Positions 9,727 to 21,406 of a stretch of DNA of 64,000 nt are shown here, one piece after another. Positions within the stretch are counted from its first letter, which is position 1. Each line of letters begins with the position of its first letter. Where the stretch lies: assembly GCA_964584265.1 (NCBI GenBank), contig CAZOZI010000003.1, positions 20,619-84,618 on the forward strand. The letters are read 5' to 3'. Below the pieces are notes generated by a model, which made no database searches, had not been told where the DNA came from, and worked only from the letters and a program-made list of their open reading frames with translations. The position numbers and the translations under genes were made by a program. The stretch comes from an uncultured Candidatus Saccharibacteria bacterium. Its GTDB lineage: Bacteria > Patescibacteriota > Saccharimonadia > Saccharimonadales > CAYVSP01.

Positions 9727-10782
9727 CTATTGTATAGGGATAATATTGTGTTTGCCCATGAAGTGCTGCACAACAACGTCCGCGTCAGTTGTCGTAATAA
9801 ATGATTGATGATCTTGTAGTATCTTAGTTAGAGCGCGCCTGCGGGAGCCATCAAGCTCGCTAAAGACATCGTCAAGCAGTAATAAGGGCGGCTGTTGGCG
9901 ACTTTGTTCAATTAGTTGAAGCTCCAGCAGCTTGAGCGCTAGTAGCACCGTACGCGTCTCACCGCGGGAGGCGCTTGTACCTGCTGGTTTGCCTCTAAGA
10001 AAAACAACTAAATCATCGCGGTGTGGCCCAAGCGAAGTAAAACCACGCGCAATATCAACTTCGAGGTCTTTCTCAAGGTGGTGCAGCAACTGGCTGCTGT
10101 AGTGCGCTAGATTGCAGGTTGTTTCGTAGTGAAGCTCAATGCTGTGGCGTTTAGTAGCCAGGCGACTGTAGTGCTTGCTGATTGCTTGGTTGAAGTTGGC
10201 AATCAACTTTTGGCGTTCAGTGGCAATTTGCCCTCCGAGTTCGCTGAGTCGTACATTCCACGCAAATAGTTGTTTGCTGGCAGCTGGCCTACCTTTTTTA
10301 AGTAAAGCATTCCTCTGCGCCAGTGTGCGTTTGTATTGGCTCCGCAAGCGACTATAGCCACTAACAGTCTGTTCAATTAAATCGTCAACAAAGTTACGAC
10401 GCATTTCTGGTGGGCCTTGCAGTAACTGCATGTGGCTCGGCTCAAACAATACGACCGGAATTGTCTGATTTAGGGGAAGACGCGAAAAATGGTGGCCATC
10501 AATTTCAAACTGCCTCGCGACTTTGTCATTATCGTGTACTAGTTTAACAACTCGTTTGTGAGCTTCTGTGTGGATGTTCAAGCGCGCCCACTTTGCTTTG
10601 AACGCAATTAAATCAGCGTCCTTAGCCCGGTATGAGCGTCCTGTGCAGCCAACCATAATGGCCTCAAGCAAGTTGGTTTTGCCGCTAGCATTCGGCCCCA
10701 CAATGATATTCACGCCCCTCTCAAATTCAAAAGACTCGTCGCGATATGAACGGAAGTGTTGCACACGTAAATCGGTGATCAT
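9727..10782 (-). CDS. recF: DNA replication and repair protein RecF
   Basis: MITDLRVQHFRSYRD..., Walker A GPNASGKTNLLEAI, C-terminal LLLLDDVFSELD. Sits in the dnaA-dnaN-recF synteny. Confidence 0.93.
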   Translation of the reverse strand: MITDLRVQHFRSYRDESFEFERGVNIIVGPNASGKTNLLEAIMVGCTGRSYRAKDADLIAFKAKWARLNIHTEAHKRVVKLVHDNDKVARQFEIDGHHFSRLPLNQTIPVVLFEPSHMQLLQGPPEMRRNFVDDLIEQTVSGYSRLRSQYKRTLAQRNALLKKGRPAASKQLFAWNVRLSELGGQIATERQKLIANFNQAISKHYSRLATKRHSIELHYETTCNLAHYSSQLLHHLEKDLEVDIARGFTSLGPHRDDLVVFLRGKPAGTSASRGETRTVLLALKLLELQLIEQSRQQPPLLLLDDVFSELDGSRRRALTKILQDHQSFITTTDADVVVQHFMGKHNIIPIQ

Positions 10783-10803
10783 TACCGTCTACAGTATAGT
10801 GGC

Positions 10804-11907
10804 TTAGCTTTTGAGTGGCATTATCAAATGAAGATAGTCTGGGTCATCTTTGCTTTTTAGTACGCATGGTTCAAGTTTGCCATTGAAACACAAACTAACC
10901 TCTTCTGTGCTTAAGGCTTGTAAGCCATCAAGCAAATAACGAGAATTTAGTGTGATATCGCCATCACCTTTGATGGTGGCTTGGGCAGAGGCTGTGTTTT
11001 CACCAAGCTGCGAGGCAATTGCGCGGATACTAACGGTTTGGTTATTTTCTTGCACTTTTATGGTGATGCTGCCAGCGCTCTCGCGAGCAAATAAACTGGA
11101 TACTTTGGTGATGTTCATAAGTTCTGTTCGTTTTAGGGTTGCGGTCGTAGTAAAAGAGTTGGGGATTAGTTTGCGGTAATCTGGGTATTTGCCTTCTAGT
11201 AGCCTTGTGACTAACTCAATGTCGCCTGTTTTAAAGCGTACTTGTTGTTCATCATACATAACATCCACTGTGTCGTTTTCGGCAACAGGCGATTCACCAA
11301 TAATTCGCAGTAATTCCTGCATAGCTGTGGCCGGCAACAAAAACGGTCCTATGCTTGGTGTTTTGCCGAGGGCTTTTTCTGCTAACCTGTAACTATCAGT
11401 GGCTACTATGAATTGTTTACCTTGGGTGAAATGTATATATACACCAGTGAGTACCGGCCGTGCCTCATCGTTTGAAGCTGCAAAAATAACCTGTTGAAAC
11501 GCTCGCTTGAGCACGCCAGCAGATATTGATCCTTGTTCCCCTTTTGTGATGGCAGGCATAACAGGGAACTCATCGGCAGCCACACCATTAATTGTTGACT
11601 GGTATGAGTCAGCAGAAATGTGCAGTTTGTTTTCTTCTACACTTAGTTCAATAATGCCACTTGGCAGACTGTTGACAAACTCCTGCATAAGCCTGGCTGG
11701 GACCGTTATACTACCTTCTTTACTAACTTTTGAGCCAATGTTGTGAGTGATAGCTATATCAAGATTAGTCGCTGCTACACTCAAGCGGTTTTTGACTGTT
11801 TTGATAAGAACATTTGAAAGAATTGGCAATGTGCTGCGACTATTGGCAATGCGACTAACGCTCGAAAGGGCTTTGTTTAGGTTTTCCTGGGTTACTTGCA
11901 GCTTCAT
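10804..11907 (-). CDS. dnaN: DNA polymerase III beta sliding clamp
   Basis: 367 aa with a typical DnaN N-terminus (MKLQVTQENLNKALSSVSRIANSRSTLPILSNVLI). Located between dnaA and recF. Confidence 0.93.
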   Translation of the reverse strand: MKLQVTQENLNKALSSVSRIANSRSTLPILSNVLIKTVKNRLSVAATNLDIAITHNIGSKVSKEGSITVPARLMQEFVNSLPSGIIELSVEENKLHISADSYQSTINGVAADEFPVMPAITKGEQGSISAGVLKRAFQQVIFAASNDEARPVLTGVYIHFTQGKQFIVATDSYRLAEKALGKTPSIGPFLLPATAMQELLRIIGESPVAENDTVDVMYDEQQVRFKTGDIELVTRLLEGKYPDYRKLIPNSFTTTATLKRTELMNITKVSSLFARESAGSITIKVQENNQTVSIRAIASQLGENTASAQATIKGDGDITLNSRYLLDGLQALSTEEVSLCFNGKLEPCVLKSKDDPDYLHLIMPLKS

Positions 11908-12144
11908 ACAACTACTCCTAATTTATTTAGATAGTAATATTCATTATTAGCACTGTGGAAACTGTGTAAAACAACATCCTTACAAGTGATAAAAAAACAA
12001 AAGCCGGTGCATAAGGAGGTGCAAAAACTCTGAACAAGGCAGCGTATAAGTCGCAAACTTTCCCACACCCACAAAAATACTATTAGAAGATGTGTGTAAA
12101 AAAGGCTTCTTGTACACACCATATTCACATTCAGTACACAACTT
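11908..12144. promoter_or_regulatory. dnaA-dnaN spacer with DnaA-box-like 9-mers (second half of a bipartite origin)
   Basis: Adjacent boxes TGTGGAAAC (11954-62) and TGTGTAAAA (11963-71). Further boxes: TTTCCCACA (12059-67), TGTGTAAAA (12093-101) and TTGTACACA (12110-18). Each differs from TTATCCACA at 1-2 positions. Confidence 0.55.
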
Positions 12145-13509
12145 TTACGCATACAAACGCTCCTTTATTTCAGCAATGGCAGAGCGGATATCACTATCAA
12201 AAGCGGCCTCTCTCTCGATTTTTTCAACCGAATGAATAGCTGTGGTGTGGTCTTTGCGGCCGAGCTCCCTGGCAATTTTAGGGAAACTTAAATGAAGCTC
12301 GCTTCTTAGTATGTACATAGCAACTTGCCGCGGCACCACAATATCCTTGTCTCGTTTTGGCCCCAAAATATCATCAATGCCAATCTGGAAATGGCGAGCA
12401 GTTCGCTCGACAATCTGTTTAGCGCTCAGATGCTTTGGTCTGGTCTTATTATCACCAAGCAAACTAGTGGCAATTATCAAGTCTGGCTCAAGTCCTCGCA
12501 TTTCACAAAAAGCTAACAATTGATTTAGTGCGCCCTCAAGTTCACGAATATTTGTCTGGATATTAGTAGCCAGATATTCAACTACCGGTTGGGGCAGGGT
12601 AATTGAGTGGGCTGTTGCTTTAGATTGCACAATTGCGCAACGCGTCTCGAAATCAGGCACCTGCATATCAATACTCATACCCCAGGCAAAACGCGAACGC
12701 AGGCGTTCCTCCAGGGTTGGTATATCTTTTGGCGGTTTATCACTACTGATAATAATCTGTTTGTTAGCTTGATGTAGCGCATTAAAGGTGTGGAAGAATT
12801 CTTCCTGGGTCTTATCTTTGCCGGCTATAAATTGCATATCGTCAACGATCAAAACATCAGCGTTCCTATAATAGCTCGCAAAGTCAGTGTTCTTTTTGTA
12901 GCGAACTGCATCGATAAATTCTTGGACAAATTGTTCAGTTGAAATATAAACCACATGGGATTCTGGCTTACGCTGCATTAGTGCATTACCAACGGCTTGG
13001 ATAAGGTGCGTTTTACCAATCCCCACACCGCCATATATAAAAAGGGGGTTGTATTTTGTACCAGGGCTTTGGGCTACTGCTTGGCAAGCCGCATACGCCA
13101 GCTCACTCCCTGATCCAACTATGAAATTATCAAAAGTATAGCGTTCATTAAGACCCTGGCGGTAGCTATGAGTAAGTGTACTCATCGGCCGATCGGCTGA
13201 GCCCTTACGTGTTATCTGGCCCAAAATAACGGTTTCGTCTTCGGTCTTTTTGGAGCTAACGATAGCTGAGTGAATTTTGAACTCAATGCGGTCTGGCGTT
13301 ACCCCGTTCTTGGCCAGGGTATCACTAATCAGCTGGTTAAATTTACGCTCCATTTGCTGCTTGATGAAAACGTTCGGCACACCAATAACCAGTACGTTAT
13401 CTTTGTAACGGAGTAGTCGTGTGTTTTTAAACCATGTTACGAAACTGGCTCTTGAAACCGAAAGTTCAATTTCACCCAATACCGCCTGCCACAAACTATC
13501 ATCTTGCAT
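12145..13509 (-). CDS. dnaA: chromosomal replication initiator DnaA
   Basis: 454 aa. AAA+ Walker A GGVGIGKTHL, Walker B LIVDDMQF, and a C-terminal DNA-binding signature (GRKDHTTAIHSVEKI). Confidence 0.96.
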   Translation of the reverse strand: MQDDSLWQAVLGEIELSVSRASFVTWFKNTRLLRYKDNVLVIGVPNVFIKQQMERKFNQLISDTLAKNGVTPDRIEFKIHSAIVSSKKTEDETVILGQITRKGSADRPMSTLTHSYRQGLNERYTFDNFIVGSGSELAYAACQAVAQSPGTKYNPLFIYGGVGIGKTHLIQAVGNALMQRKPESHVVYISTEQFVQEFIDAVRYKKNTDFASYYRNADVLIVDDMQFIAGKDKTQEEFFHTFNALHQANKQIIISSDKPPKDIPTLEERLRSRFAWGMSIDMQVPDFETRCAIVQSKATAHSITLPQPVVEYLATNIQTNIRELEGALNQLLAFCEMRGLEPDLIIATSLLGDNKTRPKHLSAKQIVERTARHFQIGIDDILGPKRDKDIVVPRQVAMYILRSELHLSFPKIARELGRKDHTTAIHSVEKIEREAAFDSDIRSAIAEIKERLYA

Positions 13510-13739
13510 GTGTGTTCACGTACCCTCACTACATTGTTTACAGAACTATACAGTAAGTATGCGGAGTTTTCCACAGGGTAACTAAGACAATATTTACTAA
13601 CCAAAAAATAAAGCGAGCCCAGATGGAAGTTATGCACACAGCAAATTCATATCTGTAAAAATGTGGAAAATGTTTTCGATTCCGTGGAAAACTTGCTAGG
13701 ATTAGGGGGTAAGCATTGTTAATTTCACTAAAGGGAACT
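13510..13739. promoter_or_regulatory. oriC-type DnaA-box cluster with divergent dnaA / rpmH promoters
   Basis: TTTTCCACA (13567-75), TTATGCACA (13630-38), TGTGGAAAA (13662-70) and CGTGGAAAA (13683-91), in an AT-rich spacer between dnaA and rpmH. Confidence 0.65.
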
Positions 13740-13877
13740 ATGCCCAAAAGAACATTCCAACCAAAAAAACGACAGCGCGCCAAAGAGCATGGTTTTATGA
13801 AGCGTATGAGCTCGCGAGCTGGTCGCAAAGTGTTGAACCGCCGACGCAATAAAGAACGTACTAAACTATCCGCTTAA
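13740..13877 (+). CDS. rpmH: 50S ribosomal protein L34
   Basis: Not in the ORF track because it is under 60 aa. My translation is [45 protein letters not shown], a canonical L34 sequence. Located immediately upstream of rnpA. Confidence 0.95.
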   Translation: MPKRTFQPKKRQRAKEHGFMKRMSSRAGRKVLNRRRNKERTKLSA

Positions 13878-13901
13878 GTCTTTAACCACTATAATCCAAC
13901 C

Positions 13902-14252
13902 ATGATCGCAAGAAGACACCGCTTCCACGGCTATAATGCCTTGAGGCATGTGTACCAACATGGTCGGCAGGTGCGTGGGACCGATAGTTCGCTAAAAGTG
14001 TTGTCTAATGAAAGGCGCCACGACTATCGCCTGGCAGTAGTTGTTAGCCGTAAGGTAAATAAATCAGCAGTGGTGCGCAATAGAATCCGCCGACGCATTT
14101 ATGAATTGGTGCGAGCGGAGGAAGCCAACATACTCGAATCTTTTGATATGGTATTTACGGTTTACAGTGACCATATAGCTGCATTGACACCAAGCCAACT
14201 TCATACGCTAGTTCAAAACCAGCTTAAACAAGCCGGGGTCATAAAAAAGTAG
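13902..14252 (+). CDS. rnpA: ribonuclease P protein component
   Basis: 116-aa basic protein (RLAVVVSRKVNKSAVVRNRIRRRIYE), in the conserved rpmH-rnpA-yidC order. Confidence 0.9.
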   Translation: MIARRHRFHGYNALRHVYQHGRQVRGTDSSLKVLSNERRHDYRLAVVVSRKVNKSAVVRNRIRRRIYELVRAEEANILESFDMVFTVYSDHIAALTPSQLHTLVQNQLKQAGVIKK

Positions 14253-14405
14253 ATTTGAGATTACTCTTACGCTTTGAGGGCAGCACTGGCGCCGCTATAA
14301 TTTGGTTGGTAAAGGAAGATTATATGCCGAGCCCAGACCAGCAATCCTTAAAACAGATAGCTGAAATGGCTCGAGGCTATATAATAAGACACTAAAGGAG
14401 AACCC

Positions 14406-15341
14406 ATGTTTACGACCCTAATTGTACGGCCGATATTTAATCTTCTGGTTCTAATCTATGCTCTACTGCCTGGCCATAACTTCGGACTGTCCATCATTAT
14501 ATTCACCATAGTCATACGCCTGCTCATGTGGCCACTAGTTAAAAAGCAGCTCCACCAAGCCAGGGTGATGCGCCAGATTCAGCCAGAACTCAAACGCATT
14601 AAAGCTGCCGCAAAGGGCAATCGACAGCAAGAGTCGGCGATGCTCATGGAACTTTACAAGGAACGAGGCATTAGCCCGTTTGCCAGCATCGGTGTGCTTT
14701 TGTTGCAATTGCCAATCTTGATTGGTCTATATAGCGGTTTGCGGCGTATTGTCGTTAATCCACATACTATTATTACTTTTTCATACCCCTTTGTACGCCA
14801 CTTGGTCTGGCTACAAATACTAGCCGGCGATATTCATCATTTTGATCCAACGCTATTAGGGGTAGTGGATTTGACGCGGGCCGCTATAAATAAGGGCGGT
14901 GGTATTTACTGGCCGGCCATGTTCCTGGTTATCGGCAGTGCCGCGGCTCAGTATTTCCAGAGTAAGCAACTCATGCCGCAGAGTAAAGACCAGCGCAAAT
15001 TGAGACATATTCTGAAAGATGCTGGTAAGGGCGAACAGGCAGATCAAACTGAAGTTAATGCAGCTGTAGGCAGGAGCACACGCTTTTTAATCCCGGCTAT
15101 GATTTTTCTCTTCACAGTCAATCTAGCATCAGCCCTGTCTTTGTACTGGCTCGTGAGCGGCGTAACTGCCTACTTGCAACAAGCCAGAGTACTTAAGCGT
15201 GATGAGGCCGAATTGGAAGCAGCTGCCGACCGACCTAGCCGCAAACAAGTAATTGAAGGCGAAGTTATACAAAAAAAATCATCACCGGGTAGTCGTGGTA
15301 AAAAGACATCAAAAGCCAAACGCAAAAAGAGGCGCGCTTAA
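14406..15341 (+). CDS. yidC: membrane protein insertase YidC (short, Gram-positive-type)
   Basis: 311 aa, multi-TM, with the conserved PLVKKQ...MRQIQPELKRI and LYKERGISPF motifs and a basic C-terminal tail. Confidence 0.9.
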   Translation: MFTTLIVRPIFNLLVLIYALLPGHNFGLSIIIFTIVIRLLMWPLVKKQLHQARVMRQIQPELKRIKAAAKGNRQQESAMLMELYKERGISPFASIGVLLLQLPILIGLYSGLRRIVVNPHTIITFSYPFVRHLVWLQILAGDIHHFDPTLLGVVDLTRAAINKGGGIYWPAMFLVIGSAAAQYFQSKQLMPQSKDQRKLRHILKDAGKGEQADQTEVNAAVGRSTRFLIPAMIFLFTVNLASALSLYWLVSGVTAYLQQARVLKRDEAELEAAADRPSRKQVIEGEVIQKKSSPGSRGKKTSKAKRKKRRA

Positions 15342-15826
15342 TGGATGATGCTATTGTGTACGCCAAAAAGTATTTAGAAGACCTTCTTTCGTTTTTTGGG
15401 CTCAATACTGATGTGTATGCTACGACTAGCGATGATGAAGTAATTGAACTGGATGTACCAAGCACACATTTGAACGGCTTTTTAATTGGCCAGCGTGGCG
15501 AGACAATGCGCGCTTTGCAATTTATGGTCAGCAACGCACTTAAAAATAATGGATACGACATTGTCCGCGTCAATATTGATGTGGCAGAATACAAAAAAGG
15601 CAGGGCACAGCGGCTAGAACATACGGCCCAAGATTGGGTGCAACACGTTAAAACTAGCGGGGAACCAATGCATTTAAAGCCTATGCATGCTGCCGACCGT
15701 AGAACTATCCACAAGATGGCCACAGGAGCTGGGTTGAGCACTGAATCAGTTGGCGAAGGGCCTGAGCGCCATGTAGTTCTTAAACCGGACGACGACAATC
15801 AGTCTTCTGTTGATGAAGAGGAATGA
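15341..15826 (+). CDS. jag: Jag/KhpB-type RNA-binding protein (KH + R3H domains)
   Basis: 161 aa. GFLIGQRGETMRALQ is KH-like, and C-terminal AADRRTIHKMA...GEGPERHVVLKP is R3H. ATG overlaps the yidC stop (TAATG). Confidence 0.85.
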   Translation: MDDAIVYAKKYLEDLLSFFGLNTDVYATTSDDEVIELDVPSTHLNGFLIGQRGETMRALQFMVSNALKNNGYDIVRVNIDVAEYKKGRAQRLEHTAQDWVQHVKTSGEPMHLKPMHAADRRTIHKMATGAGLSTESVGEGPERHVVLKPDDDNQSSVDEEE

Positions 15827-16929
15827 GCAACGCGTTCGCCCAGAACGGCTTTATAAACATCTAGTGTTTGCCTGGCGGTTCGTTCCCACGAATAACTTTT
15901 GACGACTAAGCTACCTTTGACGACTAGTTTTTGAGCTAGCTTAGGATCAGCCAATACATCATTGATTTTTGCTGCCATGTCGCCTACGTCCAGTGGGTCA
16001 AAATAGTGTGCAGCGTCTTTGTAAATTTCGGGCAGACAGGTCGCATTGCTTGATATAACGGGGCAGCCAGCGGCCATTGCTTCAAGCCCAGGCAGACCAA
16101 ATCCCTCGCTTAAAGAGGGGAAGACATATGCCTTGGCATGTTCATACAACCATCGTAGCTCACCCTCGGTTACAAAATCAGTAAAGAAAACTCCGGGGAC
16201 CCCTTCTGCATCTACCAGCTTTTGTAGCTTACGGTAGTTGGCATCAAGCTTACCCGCCAGTACCAAAGTCAAATTAAAGTGGGTCTCTTTGAGAAGCGCA
16301 AAAGCCTCAACCAAACGCTCTAAGTTCTTATGTGAAAATGGTCGCCCTACGTACATAATGTAATCTTTGTGCTCCAGCAACTTCATAGGCTCTGGCGGCA
16401 CTGTAATTTTGTCAGCCCCCAGAAGGGTCACGGTAATTTTGCGGCTGTTAATCCGGGCAAATCTAGCTACGTCATCTTTGACGAATTGACTAAAAGTTAG
16501 TAGAGCAGTCGATTTGTGGGCCACCAGCCAATTTACGAGTTTATAGACCTGCTGTTTGAGCGTATATAGTAACCAATTCTTGCTGGGATTTCGAAAGCGC
16601 GTGGTTGTCAGGTCGTTCATGGTAGTCACTACCTTGCCGCGGTACAAAACCGGCTGCTGCACCATATCAAAATGCACTAGATCTGGCTTTAACTTATTGA
16701 GCTGACGTAGCAAGTCAATTTGCTCAGCGAAAGTAAATTCTTTATAAGGGCATTCCAGCTTTTTGAATTTCTTATTAGTTGGCGTCCAACTATCCATGTC
16801 TTTTGGCTTGAGTAGTACCGTGTAGTTGTGGGTATGGTCAATTTGCTGCAGATAATGCAGCAGGCGCTCTACATAACGCCCTGAGCTTGTTCTTAGCTCA
16901 CGCGCGTCAATCACAATTTTAGAGCTCAC
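15799..16929 (-). CDS. glycosyltransferase family 1 (GT4-type)
   Basis: FPSLSEGFGLPGLEAMAAGCPVISS motif. The track start is TTG 16935, but SD AAGGAG (16944-16939) is 9 nt from GTG 16929, so I prefer that start. The 3' end overlaps jag convergently by 28 nt. Confidence 0.85.
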   Translation of the reverse strand: MSSKIVIDARELRTSSGRYVERLLHYLQQIDHTHNYTVLLKPKDMDSWTPTNKKFKKLECPYKEFTFAEQIDLLRQLNKLKPDLVHFDMVQQPVLYRGKVVTTMNDLTTTRFRNPSKNWLLYTLKQQVYKLVNWLVAHKSTALLTFSQFVKDDVARFARINSRKITVTLLGADKITVPPEPMKLLEHKDYIMYVGRPFSHKNLERLVEAFALLKETHFNLTLVLAGKLDANYRKLQKLVDAEGVPGVFFTDFVTEGELRWLYEHAKAYVFPSLSEGFGLPGLEAMAAGCPVISSNATCLPEIYKDAAHYFDPLDVGDMAAKINDVLADPKLAQKLVVKGSLVVKSYSWERTARQTLDVYKAVLGERVAHSSSSTED

Positions 16930-17108
16930 TTCCAAGCGCTCCTTTCAGCCTCAACGATTGGATTAAGGGCCACAAAACTGATGCCGCTCGTCACCGTACA
17001 TTGCATGTACGCTTCCTCGCCTGATCTGTTTTGTGGTTCCTCCTCCAATCGCTTCGCAAGCGAAATGAGGCTTGGAAGTGAGCTCTGTGTCATATACGTA
17101 TGGTAGCA
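16921..17108 (-). promoter_or_regulatory. structured 5' leader of the GT1 gene with extended -10 promoter (TGCTACCAT) and a 17-bp start-codon-occluding helix
   Basis: AGAGCTCACTTCCAAGC (16921-37) is the perfect reverse complement of 17070-86. Nested helices are 16970-78/17028-36 (9 bp), 16995-17011 (7-bp hairpin) and 17049-63 (6-bp hairpin). TGCTACCAT lies on the minus strand at 17108-17100. Confidence 0.55.
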
Positions 17109-17159
17109 GAATTTCGCCCATCTGTTGTTTGATGCTAGAGTAAAATCAGAGGAAAACAT

Positions 17160-17957
17160 ATGGCAGAAGACACTCCCTCACCTTATGAAGCGCCACTGGA
17201 CTTACCTGGCGAGGAACAACCGTTGCGGCAGCCCACGCCGGCAAAGAAAAAGGGCCGAAGCAAGCTATTTTTAATCCTACTCGGTATTGTTTTATTAATC
17301 GTAGTGCTTGTTTTTGGGGCCATGGAGCTTTTTGGTAAAAAACCTGCGCCCAAGACGCCTGTAACTAATGGGCAATTCAGCTCAAACCCAACCATTCTTG
17401 CCCCGAACGATATTCCGAGCGTGAGCTCAACTAAAACCTTTACGGCCGAATCACTGGCAGTAACACTAACTTATCCGACAAACTGGACGGTGAGCGAAAA
17501 AGAGGGCGGCATAACCATAAAATCACCAAACTTTAATATTCAAACTAAAAACCAAGGCACACTGCCTGGCTACTTCCGGCTCTACATACGCCAGGGGGCA
17601 CGAACTGTTGACAGCAAATATATTGGCCGAGCCGTCGTGGTAAGCCCGACCGAAAAGCTGACGTACACACAACCAAACCCGAACCAGCGCAAAGACACTA
17701 ATCTATCGTTTTTCGGCTATGACACCAGCGATAACTTTGCATTCATGATGATAACCGGTAACTTTACGCTTAAAAAAGGCGATACGCTTGGCCCCAACTA
17801 TGGCAAAGAGGCGGATACCTACATTATTGCCGGTGGTTTCACCGCGGATAGCAACAAAGATGACTTAAGCTTTTATCAATTGGAATCAAATAATTTTCAG
17901 TCTTCCAGTGCCTATAAACAAGCAGTGGATATTATCAAATCACTCAAAGTTTCCTAA
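17160..17957 (+). CDS. hypothetical membrane-anchored extracytoplasmic protein
   Basis: 265 aa with SD AGAGGAAAA upstream. Proline/charged N-terminus, then one TM (LFLILLGIVLLIVVLVFGAM). No recognisable domain. Confidence 0.6.
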   Translation: MAEDTPSPYEAPLDLPGEEQPLRQPTPAKKKGRSKLFLILLGIVLLIVVLVFGAMELFGKKPAPKTPVTNGQFSSNPTILAPNDIPSVSSTKTFTAESLAVTLTYPTNWTVSEKEGGITIKSPNFNIQTKNQGTLPGYFRLYIRQGARTVDSKYIGRAVVVSPTEKLTYTQPNPNQRKDTNLSFFGYDTSDNFAFMMITGNFTLKKGDTLGPNYGKEADTYIIAGGFTADSNKDDLSFYQLESNNFQSSSAYKQAVDIIKSLKVS

Positions 17958-18019
17958 GAGTGCCCCGTCATTTGCTAAAATGGGTCTACTTGTAACAATA
18001 AATTGGAGAAAGAGCTTAG

Positions 18020-20191
<2,172 letters not shown>

Positions 20192-20208
<17 letters not shown>

Positions 20209-21406
20209 TGCCAACCCGCTGTATCACATCAAAAATCTGCTGAGCGGTCTTGTGCCAACTGAATTTTTTGGTTTGTTGCTTACCTTTAGCAATTAGTTCT
20301 GCCCGTAGCACCGGATCGGTTAAAACTTTTTCAATTGCTGGAGCGAGCGGTTCACCATTTTTGACCAAAATGGCCGCTTCACCAGCTACCTCGGGTATCG
20401 ATGAATTGTCATAAGCCACAACCGGGCACTCCAATTGCATGGCCTCTAAAATCGGCAACCCAAAACCTTCGTATAGACTAGGGAAGGGGAAAACGGCAGC
20501 TTCGCCGTACAGTACGCCAAGATCATCATCGGGCACAAAACCAGGTAGCAAAATATCTTTTGCCTCCTTGGGATGTTTAGCAAGTTCATCTGTCCAGCCA
20601 ACCGTTTTGAGGTCCCGCTTTAGGCTAAACTCCTTGCCAATCATTACCATTTTTAAGTCCGGGTGCTTTTGCTTGAGCGTAAAAAAGTCTCTGGCCAGTC
20701 CTTTAATGTTTTTGCGCAAATCTACGCCCCCCACATAAAGTAGGAATGGGTTATCGCCCAGCCCGTATTTACGGCGCACGCTTTTACGGCCGGCAGGCGT
20801 TGGCTTAGAAAAAGCTGTCTCTGAGCCAGCCAGCGGTGTGACGAATATGTCGTTGGAACGAGAACCATCAATATTAGTTAAATAATCATTTTTGGATGAT
20901 TTCGATAGAGCTACGATGGCCGTCGCAGAAGCGTAAGAGGCTAACATTTCGTTATAGAATTTACCCTGCACGGTTTCGCCGAACATCTGCTTATATTTTT
21001 TAATGCCCTTGAGTTTAGTAGATTCTTTTTCAATTCTGAAAAACAAAGGTATAAGATCGTGCAGACTGGCTACGGTCGGCACATTCTTGGGTATACCAAG
21101 CCACGGGTCGGCCTGAAAAAATACATCCACATCACCACGCTTAACGATAACTCTAACTTGCGGACGGGCCAGTGCACGAACGTACTTAACGGCCTTTATT
21201 TTATTTGCAGCCACAGAATGTATTTCATAACTCTCAAACAGACGTAGTACATCTTCAGGCAACTGGCTTTTTCTTTCAACAAAAAAAATAAAATGATGAT
21301 TTTTGGCCATAGGCGCTATCTCACGCAGCACGTTTTCTAGATATCTACCAATACCACGAAAGCGGTTTTGGTTTTGCAATGGCCTTAGGTCAATACCTAT
21401 TTTCAT
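20192..21406 (-). CDS. glycosyltransferase family 1 (GT4-type)
   Basis: FPSLYEGFGLPILEAMQLECPVVAY motif. 404 aa. Confidence 0.85.

Noticed and set aside
11904-13849. ORFs of 82, 66 and 103 aa inside the two origin spacers. One is antisense to rpmH.
   Set aside because: They cover DnaA-box clusters and the bona fide L34 gene. They show no coding signal.
16921-17086. The 17-bp terminal inverted repeats flanking 132 nt could be a 166-bp MITE.
   Set aside because: There is no target-site duplication at the flanks (..CAATTTT / GTGTCAT..). I noticed no second copy in the window. One arm provides the gene's start codon. The leader-RNA interpretation fits better, but the MITE idea is not excluded without the full genome.
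16926-17159. 77-aa minus-strand ORF spanning the GT1 leader.
   Set aside because: It has no SD and an implausible composition, and it coincides exactly with the structured untranslated leader. Likely spurious.
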